The notes: a model not told the origin generated them from the sequence alone. A stretch of 62,226 nt of DNA, filler included, from Hausera hauseri (GCA_046269625.1; 10 parts of 10 records of this genome joined end to end with filler, not necessarily neighbours in it); one strand, 5' to 3'. Shown: positions 35,905-50,118, counted from the whole stretch's first letter. Numbers and translations are program-made.

Positions 35905-38671
35905 TGTTTGTTATGTCGACGTGCTATCAATCTAGCACTGTCGTTCAAACATAGGTGACTCACTCCTCTCGGTGCCTAAGAGGAACACAATTTAGTAATT
36001 AACGGAAATACTCGGGATCCTTAATAATGGAGTTGAGTATCTTCCGGAGTATCCGTCTATCAGTTACTTCAAAGGTTCAACAGAAATCCACTCGGATTAT
36101 TCCTATGAGTAGTCTCTGGGAATCCTCTCAACAGTTGACATCTTGAAAATTTGCTGTCTCTGCTAACCATGAGCCAGGGATACACTCTGCTTCACTACCA
36201 TACACTAAAAATATCCTCTATCAATAACTAAGTTAACTCCTTTAAGAAATTGTACAAATAAAAGCTTATAATTTTATTTTAAATTAAATTTCATGCCAAG
36301 AATGTTGTTATAGATAAATAAAATTAAAAGATAATGATAATATTCTTTTTGTGTACGATGACACAATCCATCATGCACTAACAATATGCTAATTAATTAT
36401 GATCAGAGTCTAGAACGAATTTCTTAATTCCTTTATTCTTAAATATCAACTAAATTAGCTACTGTCTGTTCTGTCTTGAAATTAGTCACTGGTGGTTATC
36501 TATGTTCAATTGAAAATTACACGTTATCTGGTCGTGATCTAAAATTGTGCGTGGGTATACCCCGGTTTTAGGCACAGAAATTGTAAACCCAGGAATGGTC
36601 ACCTTCTGTGACGCTAGTCCCTTGTCACTAGAATCTTCCATGAAATATTGTGTCTTTAGTTGTTGGTTAAATTGTCTATTTTTACTGGTAATAGTCTCTT
36701 TTCAAATGACATGGACTTGGTTCTCGAAATGACAAAGAGAAGGCTATTACGGGTTGGAGTAGAACGATAGTTGTTGTGCTGTCACGAGAACTATCTGAAT
36801 AAAATTGTCACGATTTCCTTATTAAAATGCCTGTCTCTGTGGATAAGTTGTTGAATCAAATATGGGTAATATCTTGTCTATAGCTTTATGACGAGTCTAA
36901 TGTTCGCATTCGCTTTAGACTGAAAACTTCTGAGTTGAAAAACTGTCTATTTCTGCTGCTACAGTGGGTTAATAGTGCTGACACGGTTTTTGGAAAACCA
37001 ACCACTAAAATTGTATAAAAGTCTCTCGTAAGTAAATTCAGGCACTCTGGATGTAAGGCTCTGTCACACTTATTCAACTAAGGTCTCTTGTAGGTTTTGT
37101 TTGTTCAGTTCAATATAACTGAACAGGCTACTAAGTAAATTGTTATGAAAATGATAATGTTCTCAGCGCTACAAATATTATTAACTGTTGGCTCTCTTCA
37201 CAATAGTCTATGTTGAAAACTTTCTTACAAGTCAATGGTATGAATTCAGGTACGGTATGTTTTTGTTACTTTTCTATTTGAACTTCAATCTACACACTGC
37301 ACTCTAAAATCAGTCGGACTCTTCGTGTTGTCTCACTATTCGGCTATAAAATCCTTCTGGTTAGTTACTACTATTGACTTTATGTGCTCTCAATAATTAA
37401 TGACTGCCAGTAAAGCCTTCTGTTACGATGAACAACTGGTAATGTGACTGACTACTGGTAAAGTGTTAGTTCCTATCACCACAATCACTCTGTTATTGTT
37501 AGTTATTAAATGTTAGTGTCACTATTTGAACTCTCTGACTCCGCACAACTTGATTAAACTATCTGTCTATTCGTCCACAAGTTAAATTCATTACCTCAGT
37601 ACAATTCTGTTACTATGAGTATTTTGGTAAGATGATTGACTACTGGCAATAATGTTAATTACTTTCACAACAACTCATTCTGATGATTGTTCTAAAATGT
37701 TAGTGGCACTTATTATAGCTTTCTGATTCCACGCAAACTTCGATTTGTCTGTCTACTTGTCTATTGTTCTTTCATGTGTGTCAATGTTACAGCAAAATAT
37801 TATTCTACGTACAGGTCAGTCTTGGTCTGTTGAAGATCTTGAGATTGGTTGCGCCTTGAAAATTTTCTCAACACTAACCTAATATACCACTGACGAAAAA
37901 TTGGAAATTTTTGTCTATTAGCTGAGACTGGATCCTACGTGCTTCATGTCTGCCTTCCTGGTTCTTTAGGTACCAACTACACACTATAAATCTCTCTCTA
38001 TGAATCCAGACTTCTGTCCGGCCACTATTCTCTATACTATGTCTAACGATGTTTCCACTACGAGAGATCTGCACAAACTGACTGAATTTCCAGTGCGGAC
38101 TATATATTTAAAGCTCTGTTTTTCCAGACTTTTCCATGCTGATCTATTTTCCAGCTCACGTCACGTGACCGTCTGGAAAGTTCTGAAATTTCCACCTTCT
38201 CCGTTAATTAAGTCAACATTCTCCTTGATTCCGCTTGTATTGTCTGAGTTTATCCTGTTTGTTTACCTAGTGTCTGGTATTCAGTTTAATCATCACCTCC
38301 TTGATGTCCGCACGGACAATGTCATGCCATCTCATTGTTTTGTTTAGTTAATTAACGTGTTTTGTCTCCTGCCGCGACCTTGTGTCTGGCCATATTTGGA
38401 TAACTCCGCGTCAAAATGTAGGGTTTGTTATTTCAACTCCTGTCACTGTATCTAGGTGATTGACAACTTTACATTCCTTAAATTTTGGTTGCCGTTAGTT
38501 TTCTGTGTTCAACTATGTTAAATTTATATGGCTGTTTTCCTATATATATCTATTCTTCCTGTGTTTTATTTTCATTCTATCTTCTGACTTTAGTTTTGAG
38601 TTTTTACTTAAATTATTAAAGCTATTTTTTTCCCATTGATTTTATTGATTTTCCTGGCCGATACTGTCACA
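35905..38671 (-). repeat. Candidate long (~2.7 kb) 5' LTR of the Gypsy element
   Basis: Non-coding stretch between the PBS and a TGTGACAG start at 38671; contains a diverged ~190-bp internal duplication (~37446 and ~37634); no second LTR available to confirm. Confidence 0.35.
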
Positions 38672-38899
38672 CTAAATCATAGCGCTGTCAGCTATGGGTC
38701 TGACATGGATTTAATCTGCAAGAAAAGGAAAGTTATACAGTTTTGCAGTTGCACAAATCTCTTCTCTCTAGCAGCCCCGTATATCAGGCACCAAGGGTAC
38801 ACCAAGAAACAAACAGATACACGTTCTTCTGTATTTGGTTATATCGGGCAATAATCAATAATTTCCGTTTCCGTTGACTGATTCTATACCCCCATGAAA

Positions 38900-39188
38900 T
38901 TTAATGAAAAGGCACTTGGAGTTTAGGGGCAGAGATCTCAGTACTCTCTCAATATATACAGGCCAAGAGAAAAGACATAACATCTTTTATCTGATATGCC
39001 TTCGCAGAATAATGAATACCAGGTGGCAGGCTAGAGTACTCAACACAGAATCACTGCAGAGTACCACGCTACCATCTCCCAAGGCAATACTTCGTAATAC
39101 AAGACTTAGGTAATTGGTGTATATTAGTAAAATGAATAACCGCCACATTCCTTGGCATATTTTACTTAGTGAATTGTTATAGGGGAGA
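38900..39188 (+). mobile_element. RTE-like LINE ORF C-terminal remnant
   Basis: CLRRIMNTRWQARVLNTE.L..T.LPS..AIL..TRLR*..YISKM...IP..IL.SEL. Confidence 0.65.
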
Positions 39189-40947
39189 NNNNNNNNNNNN
39201 NNNNNNNNNNNNNNNNNNNNNNNNNNNNNNNNTTAATTAATTAANNNNNNNNNNNNNNNNNNNNNNNNNNNNNNNNNNNNNNNNNNNNAATTACAGAATT
39301 TTATTTTGACTCCGTTTTTCTTTGAATTCTGAATTTGTCGCTGGACGAGTTGACTGTCACACATTCGGATACCCTTTGCGATAGTATTTAGTTTAACAAG
39401 TCACTTTTCACTTTTCACATATTTGGTGCTGTGAAGCATAGGATTGATGGAATCGATCAGGGTCAAGTGCAAGTAGATAGAGCATGTTGAGATGCACCTT
39501 GATATATACTGTGCAGTGCAAAAATACGTGTACAAGTGTGCAAAAGTCAATAATATCGATTTTCCGATATTTCCAATATTGATGATTGGGATAAGTGACC
39601 GGGTGCATTCGAACACAAACATGGTGCAGTATATGAATGTGCAGTTAGAATTTAAAATTATCGATTAGTTTTCGAATAATATAGATCGAAAGTGCAATTG
39701 GTGGCGAATGACCATAGGTTTTATTTGCCTTTAACACTTAAAATTCGATATTATAATTAGCGGGAACAGATAGGAAGTCGACTATGGTGATCACGAATCT
39801 CAAGTCACATGTTCTAAATTTGAATATTTTCAAGTTCGAAAATCGACCTTTGAATTTTTCGAAAAATCTAACACAAGCAATCGATTCATCATATATGAAA
39901 ACCCCCTCATACATTACAATTATTCCATGAAAATGTACTATATAGATATAAAATCAATATTTAGAATTAAGCAAAATGTGCATTTAAAGCCTAGTGAAAC
40001 AAAAATCAATAAATCTAATAGCGGAATGGAATAAGAAATCATATACGTTGAAACGGAATATGATGTTAAATATTTGAATTCGAGCTCACAAGTCGAATAC
40101 TTTGCTACTTGAACTAGAATATTTGGTCAAGCATGCATTATTCGAAGAATCTGACGGCTTTAGTCGATTCTTCGTGCGCGAAAACCTATAGAACAATCAA
40201 TATCGGCAAGGTGCACCGCACAACGGAGTATTAAAACAAGGTTTGATAACAAGTAAAAAATGAAATCATTAAATCTAATAGTGCACGTAGATAGGAAACA
40301 ATATATGCTGAATCTGAATCTGGTGTTACATATTCGAATACATTATTCGAAATATAATAATTATCGATCAGAACTCAAAAAATCGATAAAGTGTACGTTA
40401 TTCGAAGAACCTGGGAGCTCAACAGATTTCCCCTGTATGAAAACCCGGATGAAATTTTAAATCTCGCGCGGTGAAATTTATATATTTGTTGCATTAAAAC
40501 AAATTTTGGTACATCTGTGCATGAAATTGACAAGTCAAGTGCATCATGTAAACAAGTTCATGTAAATTATGCGTTAAAACAAAGTGTTCTGGAATGTTCA
40601 AAAAATCCATAAACGAGGCAGTATGCGTTGACATGGTTACATATTTCTTTATTTCCAAATTCACGTCCAAGAATGGTGAGTTTTGTTATTTGTGTTCCTC
40701 AAATAAGTGATTTGTTTAGATTTGCAACTTCTACAAATTTTGTATGGCGCAGAAACACGAGGAACAGAATTGCCACAGTTTGATGCAGATTTATTTTCGA
40801 TACCAGCACAATAGTACTCAATACTATGTATGTCCTGTATGTAAGGTAGTGTGACGGATCGGTTACGAAGAATTTTACACCCAACATAAACAGCATCTGG
40901 ATTCGTTCACAAAATCGAAGAAAGAAATATTCAACAATAATATTCCA

Positions 40948-43900
40948 ATGACAACAAGTGTCCCAAAAGCAAATCAGATATGCGGTTCCTATGCTTATTG
41001 CACATCCAAAGCACATAATCCGCAACAGTGTCATGAAACGATGCAGCGGTATTATGGACACAAATCCAAAAGTATCCAATATTATATATGTGCGGGATGC
41101 GAGACAGTATGCAATGCAGGTTACATACAGTTCTATTATGATCACAAACATCATTTGAGTCACTTCGTATCAAAATCAAAGAAGGCCATCTATAATGAGC
41201 AACATAATATTGATGCATCTGCTTCGCAGTATTCTGCCTCGCATTATGCTGCTGGATCTGGTGCAGCAGCTGCGAAGCATATTAGAGAATCGAAACGCAC
41301 AGCCGTCTCAAGCGCAGCAGCATCAGGCGCAGCCACATTATGCACGGCCACATCAGACGCACCGGCTCCATCAAAAAGCCAAAGACAGCGGCCAGTTGAT
41401 GCTGCAGCATTAAAGAGAAAATGGCGCAGATATGTTATTGAGGCAACTGGTCAAACAATTCTCCGAGAGTTCCTCTTATACATAAAGGGCGAGACAGAGG
41501 GGATTCTTCAAGACAACATGACTGAGATCAAAGCCCTTAATGTGGATATGAAACTGGAGGCCACATACATCAATGTTGATGGCGAAGAATCCAATAGGGC
41601 CTTCAAGGCCTAAAATAGACCCGTATTGGAAAACACCAATATAGCAGAATGGATGCAAGAGGCTCACGAGAAGCTGATGTGTGAAGCCGGGAGAGCCAGG
41701 ATAAGAAGAGCGGATGGACTCTGGCAACCATTAAAAGATTGATTGTGTATATTCACAAGTACTTTCACATGCGGGGCAGTTCATATATTCAGCTCCCTTA
41801 TTGGATCGCTAATAAAAAGCATGCGTCTATGTCCATAATAATGACAACATGTGTTTCATGTATGCCACTTTATCAAACTCGTAACGGATCAAAATCATGC
41901 TTCATCAGTTTGGCTATATAAGGCTGTGCAGCACAACTATGATTTCCAATGTATCAAGTTCCGTCCATCCATAGATGAAGTTAAAAAATTTGGAAAAGTC
42001 AACAACGTGTCCATCAATATCTTGTGATTGGACGAGGATGATAAATTCTATCCCCTGCAGATATACCATGCTGAATTGGAAGATCATAGGCATCTGCTCC
42101 TACTAGACGATGGAGAAAAGAAACATTATGTTTGGATAAAAGTCTTTGAGCGGCTAGTCCCATTTTAGCGGCTATGTGGCTGTATTGAAGCTGAAAGAGC
42201 GCATGATGTACCTCAACAACAATTATTGTATTGGGCCAAATTTTCCCAAAGAGGACTGTATTGAATTCAAGGAGTTCGAGAAGAAGCTCAAGGTCCCAAT
42301 AGTTATTTGTTGCGACTTTTAAGCTATTCTCAGGCCAGTTCACAGCTGCACTCCCAGTCCTCAACATAGCAGCACAACGGCATACTACTATCATGAGCTC
42401 TCATCATATTGCACGTATGCTAAATGACTGGACAGTGAACCGTATCTATTCAGGGGTCCAGGCGCAGCAGCTCATTTCATGAAACGACTTGAAGATATGG
42501 CTCATAGGATTGGAGATATGCTGCAACAGTATAAGGATACAATGAGCATGTCGAAGCAGCAAGAAGAACGGCGCAAGGCAACAGCATGTTACTTGTGCTC
42601 CAGATCATTCAGTAAGGATAATTGTAAAGTAAGGGATCATTGCCATTTGCAAGCAAATATCGGGGCGCGGCATGCAACAACTGCAATCTACGCTACAAAA
42701 CATGTACATGTGCCTATAGTGTTCCATAATCTCAGTGGCTATGATTCCCATTTCAGTGTTCGGGAACTGGGAGGCATTGAAGGAAAATTTGATGTGATTC
42801 CTAATAGTGAGAAAAAATACATCACATTTACCAAGCATGTTAGGAAAATCATGTTTCGCTTCATAGACAGCTTCCGTTTCATATTGTCTTCACTTGACAG
42901 TTTAGTGAAGAACCTCCCTGCAGAAGAACTCAAGGAGATGAAGCAGTTTATTCCCACTACATTTGGCCTCGTCAAGAGGAAAGGCGTGTTTCCCTATGAC
43001 TATATAACATCATGAGAAACACTGGATGAGACCTCATTGCCAGCCAAGAAGGACTTTTATAATATCCTCTCTGATTGCGATATCAGTGACATGGACTACC
43101 AGCATGCTCAGAACGTCTGGCATGCATTCCAATGCCGAACATTAGGAGAATACAGCGACATATACCTCAAGACGGACGTGCTGCATCTGACGGATGTCTT
43201 TGAGAGTTTCAGGAATGTTACGATAAAGAGCCATGCATTGGATCCGGCTCGTTTCTTGGCTCCAGGGATGAGCTGGGCAGCAATGCTAAAATATACATGT
43301 GTCTGTATGCAGATCATAAAGGATTACGACATGATACTCATGATTGAGATAGGCATTAGAGGTGGAATATGCCAGACCATTCACCGCCATAGCGAGGCCA
43401 ACAACAAGTATATGGCCCAGTATGATCCATCCAAGGAATCGTCATATATGTCATACCTAGATGCCAAAAACTTGTATGGATGGGCAATGAGCGCCCCATT
43501 ACCATATGATAACTTCAAGTGGGTGAAACATCCTGAAAACATCCCTATACTAGACCTGGATCCCATTGGAGATACGGGATACATACTGGAGGTAGATATG
43601 GAATATCCGGCTTCTATCCAAGCAAGGCATCAACAGCTGCCTTTCCTCCATGAGAGCAAGCCTCCGCCCCATGGAAAGCATAGAAAGCTGCTCTGCCATC
43701 TGGATAGTAGGGAGAGGTATGTAGTCTACTACATAAATCTCCAGCAGACGGTCAGGAATGGACTCCGCATTACTAAGATCCATCGGGCCCTGCAGTTCAG
43801 CCAGTCCCACTGGCTGCAGCCGTACATAGATCTTAATACGAAGCTGCGGACCAATGACAAGGACGACTTTGAGAAGGACCAGTTCAAGCTGTACAACAGT

Positions 43901-44646
43901 AGCGTTTTTGGTAAGACCATGGAGAATATCAGCAACAGGATCAACATCGAACTGGTCTCTGAGTGGAAGCGGGCAAAGAAGTTCATTGCCAAGCCTAACT
44001 TCCACAGCAGCACCATATATGCTGAGAACTTAGTCAGCATCCATATGCTGAAAACATCCTTGCAATTCAACAATTCCATATATATTGGTATGGCAATACT
44101 GGACCTGTCAAAGACCTTGATGTACAAATTCCACTATGACATCATGGTCCCCAAGTTCGAGTCCATGCAGTTGATGTATATGGATACTGATAGTTCCATC
44201 TATCAGATTCATACAGATGATATTTATAAGGACTTTGCTAAGTTGGCAAAGCATATTGATACCTCAGATTATCCGAAGGATCATCCCAACTATTCAATTA
44301 CCAACAAAAAGGTCCTTGGGAAATTCAAAGACGAGGTGAATGGGGCAATCATCTCGAGATTTGTAGATCTTAAATCCAAAATGTATGTCATTGATATGTG
44401 GCCAAGTAAAGAAGCGGGCTAAAGGGGTTCAAGGGGCGACCTTAGCCAATAAGATCACTTTCGAGGATTATGTTAGAGTTCTGCATGAGCAGACTCATCA
44501 TATCAGAGATTCGAAGGATCCAGTCTAGGGCTCATAACATTGAGACAGTAACATTACAGAAGAACAGCCTAGATTGGATGGATGACAAGAGACAGATCCC
44601 GGATGATGAAATCCATACACTACCTCACGGACATGTGGCATTGTAA
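40948..44646 (+). pseudogene. polB: Protein-primed family B DNA polymerase of Polinton/Maverick/adintovirus type, frameshifted
   Basis: N-terminal zinc-finger-like motifs; endonuclease-VII-like CYLC..KVRDHCHL; exonuclease FHNLSGYDSHF, FIDSFRF, RKGVFPYDY, YLKTDV; polymerase YLDAKNLYGWAM, KLYNSSVFGK, YMDTDS; terminal DDKR..TLPHGH*; AATAAA downstream. Confidence 0.92.
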
Positions 44647-44949
44647 ATATGTACATATTGTCATTCTTTGTTTAATAAATATTGTATAGAAATATCGTGT
44701 TGTCTTCTTGATCAAGTAATGTGGGATATAGGATAAGGCCAAGTAAAACTAAGTAANNNNNNNNNNNNNNNNNNNNNNNNNNNNNNNNNNNNNNNNNNNN
44801 TTAATTAATTAANNNNNNNNNNNNNNNNNNNNNNNNNNNNNNNNNNNNNNNNNNNNGTACATATTATGATACCATCCTCATCAGAATGTTCACAAATTGG
44901 AACGTTAACCTGTGTGTCTACTATCAGTGGGCAAAGCTCCCTGCATTTC

Positions 44950-45400
44950 CTGTCTAGAGTGATTACAATAGAGAAGGGTCCACGAAGAGGTGCAGAAAAC
45001 TGTGTCCATTCTTCTCCGGGCTCAATGTCATCAAGTACACAAATGAACTGAATGTCATCATGGGCGCGACCCATCCAGGACTTACCTCTCTTGAGTTTTG
45101 CCGTGCCGATAGCCCAGAATGTCCTATGCATAAGAGAGTGTTCTCCTGAAACCTTGGCGCTGTTATTCCGATTGTGTATTCGTTGATCCCCATGGAAGGC
45201 CGGGCAGATGTTTACTGTCTCAGATACCCAACCGCCTTGCTTCAGCAGTACCTTTCTTTGTATCAACTCTGAGAGTATCCAATTTACAATATAAGGAGGG
45301 ACCATGAGATCTTGTAACTGAAGAGCCAGAATCCGAATGAGACCATGTTATAGGCATCCTCCGGATCGATCGCCACTGAACAAGTTTCAATACCAACATT
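44950..45400 (-). mobile_element. Non-LTR retrotransposon RT fragment
   Basis: VPPYIVNWILSELIQRKVLLKQGGWVSE resembles the segment before the GxPQG motif of LINE RTs; decayed. Confidence 0.5.
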
Positions 45401-46399
45401 ACTCCGTGTTTCTTTTTTTTTATTCGATAACCACCTAGTGTGGGAGGCAACAGTTGCGACTATTCGGATTCACTTCCGAGTTTCCTAGCAACAATCTTTG
45501 TCGGGAGTTTTCTTGTGGTATTATCTAATGAAATTACACGGAAACCTTGGAGTTATTTTTTCCTGGCTATGGCAGCCGTAATAATTGGCCACGAAGCCAG
45601 CTCAGAACAGAAGTGCGTGCGTGCGTGCGTGTGTGGGGGGGGGGGGGGGGGAAGGGGTGGGTGGCTGGCTGGCTGGCAGCTAGTAGGAAACAAGTCTCCT
45701 CACCATTAAAAACATTGTCTGAATGATTTTACGCGATGCTGGGTCATTTTTCTTGCCTTCCGTCCTTTGTCTTTTTGACAACAATTCTTTTTTTTTTTGA
45801 CGAAATCCTAAAACGGTTTTTGAAGGGAGGAGTCATTCACCCAAATAATGTCATAAACAGTGGCGGTGCGCCCATGTTCGCAGTGTTACTGATGCTTACA
45901 AACTGAAAAAAAATGAAATATAATATATAATGGAAAATGTAAAAAACGAAATTTAAAAATCATGTAAGCAACGAAAATCTTACAGCCAGTAGCTCTTCAT
46001 TGTAAAAGGGAAAAAAGCAATGCTTACCACCTCGCCCCCCAAATGCAATGTTAGCAGGCTGACAAAATTCTAACACAGGAGTGGGGGGAAAAGCTGGGTA
46101 TTATTGTGCTCCTCGGTTACATTCGTCACGTCTATCTTTTGAAGTTTACCGCCGATGGACCAATCTAATGTTAGCAAATGGAGAAATGCTGACAGGTCGC
46201 CAAGTTCAGACGAACGGATGTGTGCTTAGCATTCTTGCCGCGTTTTCAAATTATTTTGAGTGCAAAGTATTGTTTCTATACGGCTCCTTAGGAGCTACGT
46301 AGCCACTATTTCCTTCGAGAATTTTAGACCAGACGAGTACAGAGGTAAACTATTTCTGTAATATAATTAAATAATTTCAAATCCTGGTAAAAGCATTGG

Positions 46400-46640
46400 A
46401 AATTTGTTCTTCCGTTTGCCTCGAGTGCTCGAGGTACGGAGTTCGAATCCCAGTGGAAGCACTTGGGAGTTTTTCTCCTGGATTTTCTATTAATAAATTC
46501 CCCTGATCTCTGGGTGGTGAGATCCAACATCTGTGTTCATTGTCGTACACGTTAAAGATCCCTTGGCAGTTGGAAATCGAAAAAGAGTAGGCCTAACGGT
46601 CGCTATCCTGGAAGAATTCTAGGAAACATCTACCCCCTGG
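46400..46640 (+). mobile_element. tRNA-derived SINE with Deu/Nin-like core
   Basis: B-box GGAGTTCGAATCCC (~46438-46451), then CACGTTAAAGATCCCTTGGCA...TCGAAAAAGAGTAGG...TCCTGG..GAATTC, resembling the DeuSINE/Nin conserved domain. Confidence 0.6.
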
Positions 46641-47589
46641 TCGAAAATGTAAAAAGGCAAAACAGCCATCATTCAGCACGGTTTATGGCATTACACATGC
46701 CCTACGCTTCTTTCGGTATGTAGCCTTCCTCTGTGTAGTGGTGCAGATGTGCTGTTTGATGTTCAGTTCCTCTTTTACTGTTCTATGCCATCTTGTCTCA
46801 GGTCTTCCTCTTTTATTCTACACAGTAGAGACGCTACTGGGAGAGAAGTATATGCATACAAATCATGCATTTGTGCTTTACATCTCAGCATTGCTTTCTG
46901 TTGATTTTATTTTAATATTTACCTTCATACATTTTACTGAATAGGAGGCTTATCACAATTAGCAAAACTCAGAACTAATATTGGTTTACCAAGGTCACCG
47001 ACGTCAGGTAATCTTCGAATCCATGGCATTAAGAAAAGCAACGGAAAAAGAGAAGATGAATAAAGAATAAGCATACTTAGAACACGATGAAGAAGATGCT
47101 CTCTACATCTCCCTGTCTCTTGTGCTCGATATCAACTCTGTTGATGTTTTTTTTGTAAATGCCATGTTGTCAAACTATTTAAGGTTTTCTGCCTCTGTCT
47201 TCCGCTGACTCTCTTCCGACCTATTTTGTCTGTTGTTATTAAGTTCTCCAATCCACCTTTCTGATTACATGTTCGAAAAATTGTATTGTCCTTTTCTTAT
47301 TTCTGAAATTCACAAAATAATAAATACAAGGACGAGTAACAGAATAAAAAGGTAAAACGAGACGAATAAACATTATTGAAAAAAGGGGATTAAACATAAG
47401 AATAAACTAAGAAAATACAAAAATGAAACGGGTGAGGAAGAAGCATTAGAAAAACAACATAAATATATGATAAGTATTATGTGCTATTGAAACCAGCATC
47501 ATCGCATTCAAGGCCTGTTCACATGTGTTTCACATTGTGGCAGCCACCGATAAATGCTCATTAAAGCAAAATGAAGAGTAAAGACATCA

Positions 47590-48950
47590 GACGTTATGTG
47601 ATGATGATGTATGCAGACGACCTCGTCACATGGTGTAAAGAAGAATATGCAACAACTACCACCAAGAGACCCCAGAACGCAGCAGATGCCTTGACCTCAT
47701 GGACAGAGAAATGGTGCGTCAGTATCAACACAGACAAGCCATCAACGATATTATTCACACTTTCACCTAAACAGAAAGCAGCAGCCATCAGCGTAGATGG
47801 AACAACCTTAATAGAGGGCAGCCAGCCAACTTACCTAGGAGTCATATTCGACACCAGCCTTACCTGGAAGCACCATTTTAGCAGAGAAGAAACAAAGGCA
47901 AGAAGGAAGCTACCCATCATGAGGAAATTGAGTGGCACTACATGGGGATCAAATGATAGAATCCTGAAGAATATGTATCAGCAGGGTATTCGACTCACTT
48001 GGAATATGGTTCAGCAGAATGATGCGCAGCACTAAATACAACATTATACAGTTTGGAGCAAACTAAGCATTCTGAATCGTCATAGGTGCAATGAAATCCA
48101 CACCTACAACACAAATGGAAGAAACAACTGGTATAATACCATTAAAGGAACGAAGAGGTATAATGGTAATGGTACAAGGAGAAAAAGACAAGAGCATGAT
48201 GAACCATCCAATGAAACACAGTAAGGCGACTAAAGAGAAACAGCTTTGTACACCAACCCAAGAACCTTCAGAAACAAATACCCGACCGACCGGATATAAC
48301 TATTCCCATAACACACGTTCCACAACATACACCATGGATGGAAGAAACCTTTACAAAAATAGATATAAGAACAGAAGTACCAGGTGTATACAGCCGTGAC
48401 CATGAAAATCAATCAGAAAGGAAAACAGCAAGACTAAGCCGCCTGGATGACGTATACCCTCGAGAACAATGGATTCGCATCTATACAGATGTATCAGCGC
48501 AAAACGCTGTAAAGAATGGAGGGGCTGGTATCGAATATCCTGATAAAACCAGCAATACTGTCAGTATTCCTGCAGGAAAACACAGTAATAACTACAATTC
48601 CGTAGTCAGAGCAATTATTGTGGCAGCGGAGGAGCTCTCAAAATCTAAGTTTCGCACACACCCTGTAGTATTCCTCACAGATGCAAAATCGGTCTCAGTA
48701 GCCATTGAGAGCAGAAAACTGATAGAGCTGAAAGATACTCTGGCCAAAATTAGCAGTCATCAACGAGTACAATGGATCCCATACCACTGTGGAAATTGAG
48801 GAAATGAGAAAGCTGATACTCTGCCTAAAGGCGGTACTGTAATGAAACAACCAAACATCCCAATAACGTATGACCACAAGAAGAGTATGATAAAGATACA
48901 CAAGAAATCACCTTCAGTGTTACCAGATGCCTATCATATGTTTAGCCTTA
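47590..48950 (+). mobile_element. I-group LINE remnant (RT C-terminal half + RNase H)
   Basis: YADDLVTW, TYLGVIFD..LTWK.H, LSGTTWG, IYTDVSA..AVKNGGAG, VFLTDAKS, QWIPYHCG..GNEKAD. Confidence 0.9.
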
Positions 48951-49262
48951 GACTTTCCTTGATTGTATCCAGTCGATGTTCGCAGTGTTACTGATGCTTA
49001 CAAATTGAAAAGACTTCCGGTTCCAACATGGCGGTAGGACCAGTCGCGTCAGTTTGAGAAGTGCAGCTGTGGCCTTTTTCCTAGATGTCGACTGTGTCAG
49101 TTTCGCGGTGTTCCAGTGTGGAGGTCCGGTCTGCCGCCGGAGCGACTGTGAGAGTGCTCCTGNNNNNNNNNNNNNNNNNNNNNNNNNNNNNNNNNNNNNN
49201 NNNNNNTTAATTAATTAANNNNNNNNNNNNNNNNNNNNNNNNNNNNNNNNNNNNNNNNNNNN

Positions 49263-50118
49263 AAAATCATGTGAAATAAAATGGCGTTGGTAATAAAAAA
49301 ACCAGATATGGTAGCACCAGTAATGTCATTAGGCGATGAAGTAATAGGAAGAGGGATGGGTGAAGTACTGATAACCATTGAAGGCAAAAATTTGGAAGTG
49401 ACGATAAGGCCAACGGATAAATGCACGCCGAAGTTACCCGTGATCTACCCCACAGAATCTAGATATGTTATGCCTGTAACTGGGATATTACTAGATATTA
49501 ACACAAAAACAATCCTCTTGGATAATAGTACCTTTAATATGTCACCTATGTTTAAATTAGACGAGAAGATGTGGATCAGGATGCCGAAAAGAAAAATAGT
49601 ATCGAAACCAGAAACGTTAAATTTAATAAATTTACAAAGAAATCAGAAATTCAAACCACTTACAGGAATATCTCAAGGAGGGATTTATACGTAACAAAAT
49701 TTAGAAGATTATCGACAAATTCTCTTATTCCCTAAACAGAAGCAACGAGTAATAACGGAACTAACAAGAAGAGTAATGTTGGATGGCGAAGGCTCACCAC
49801 AACGGGAAAACCTGATGGGAAAAGATTATTTGAAGAAAGTTACCCGGAATATCATGGAAAAGATGTGGGGAAAGTTTCTATACTTTAGTCAAGCGGCCTC
49901 AGGTTTTCTTGAATATATATTTCATCATTAGTGCGATACAAACAATATTCACTGCTCTTAGCAAGGCTTATAGAATATATGCAGCAGTGGGTTGCTCTTG
50001 GAAAATTCTGATAGCAATAATACCTGCAGTAGCTAGTTGTTTTTTAGCGAATCATGATGCTCAGTGGAAAAAGAAAATGTTTAAAGAAAGAAATAGAGTT
50101 CACCGTATAGTACCTTGA
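49263..50118 (+). pseudogene. env: Chuvirus-like (class III-type) envelope glycoprotein, C-terminal half
   Basis: MGEVL..EVTIRPTDKC..KLPV.Y..Y.MPVTGIL..PMFKL..W..GGIYT*.NLEDYR..LLFP..K.WGKF..F..AASGFL.IY..AY.IYAAVGCSWKIL; pattern recalled from chuvirus G proteins and retroelement-captured copies; one in-frame stop at 49692-49694; hydrophobic C-terminus. Confidence 0.65.

Noticed and set aside
43550-44127. Minus-strand ORFs within polB
   Set aside because: Antisense shadows of the polymerase coding frame.
30839-44646. Rep and pPolB as one composite virus or element
   Set aside because: They lie on different contigs separated by an artificial spacer.
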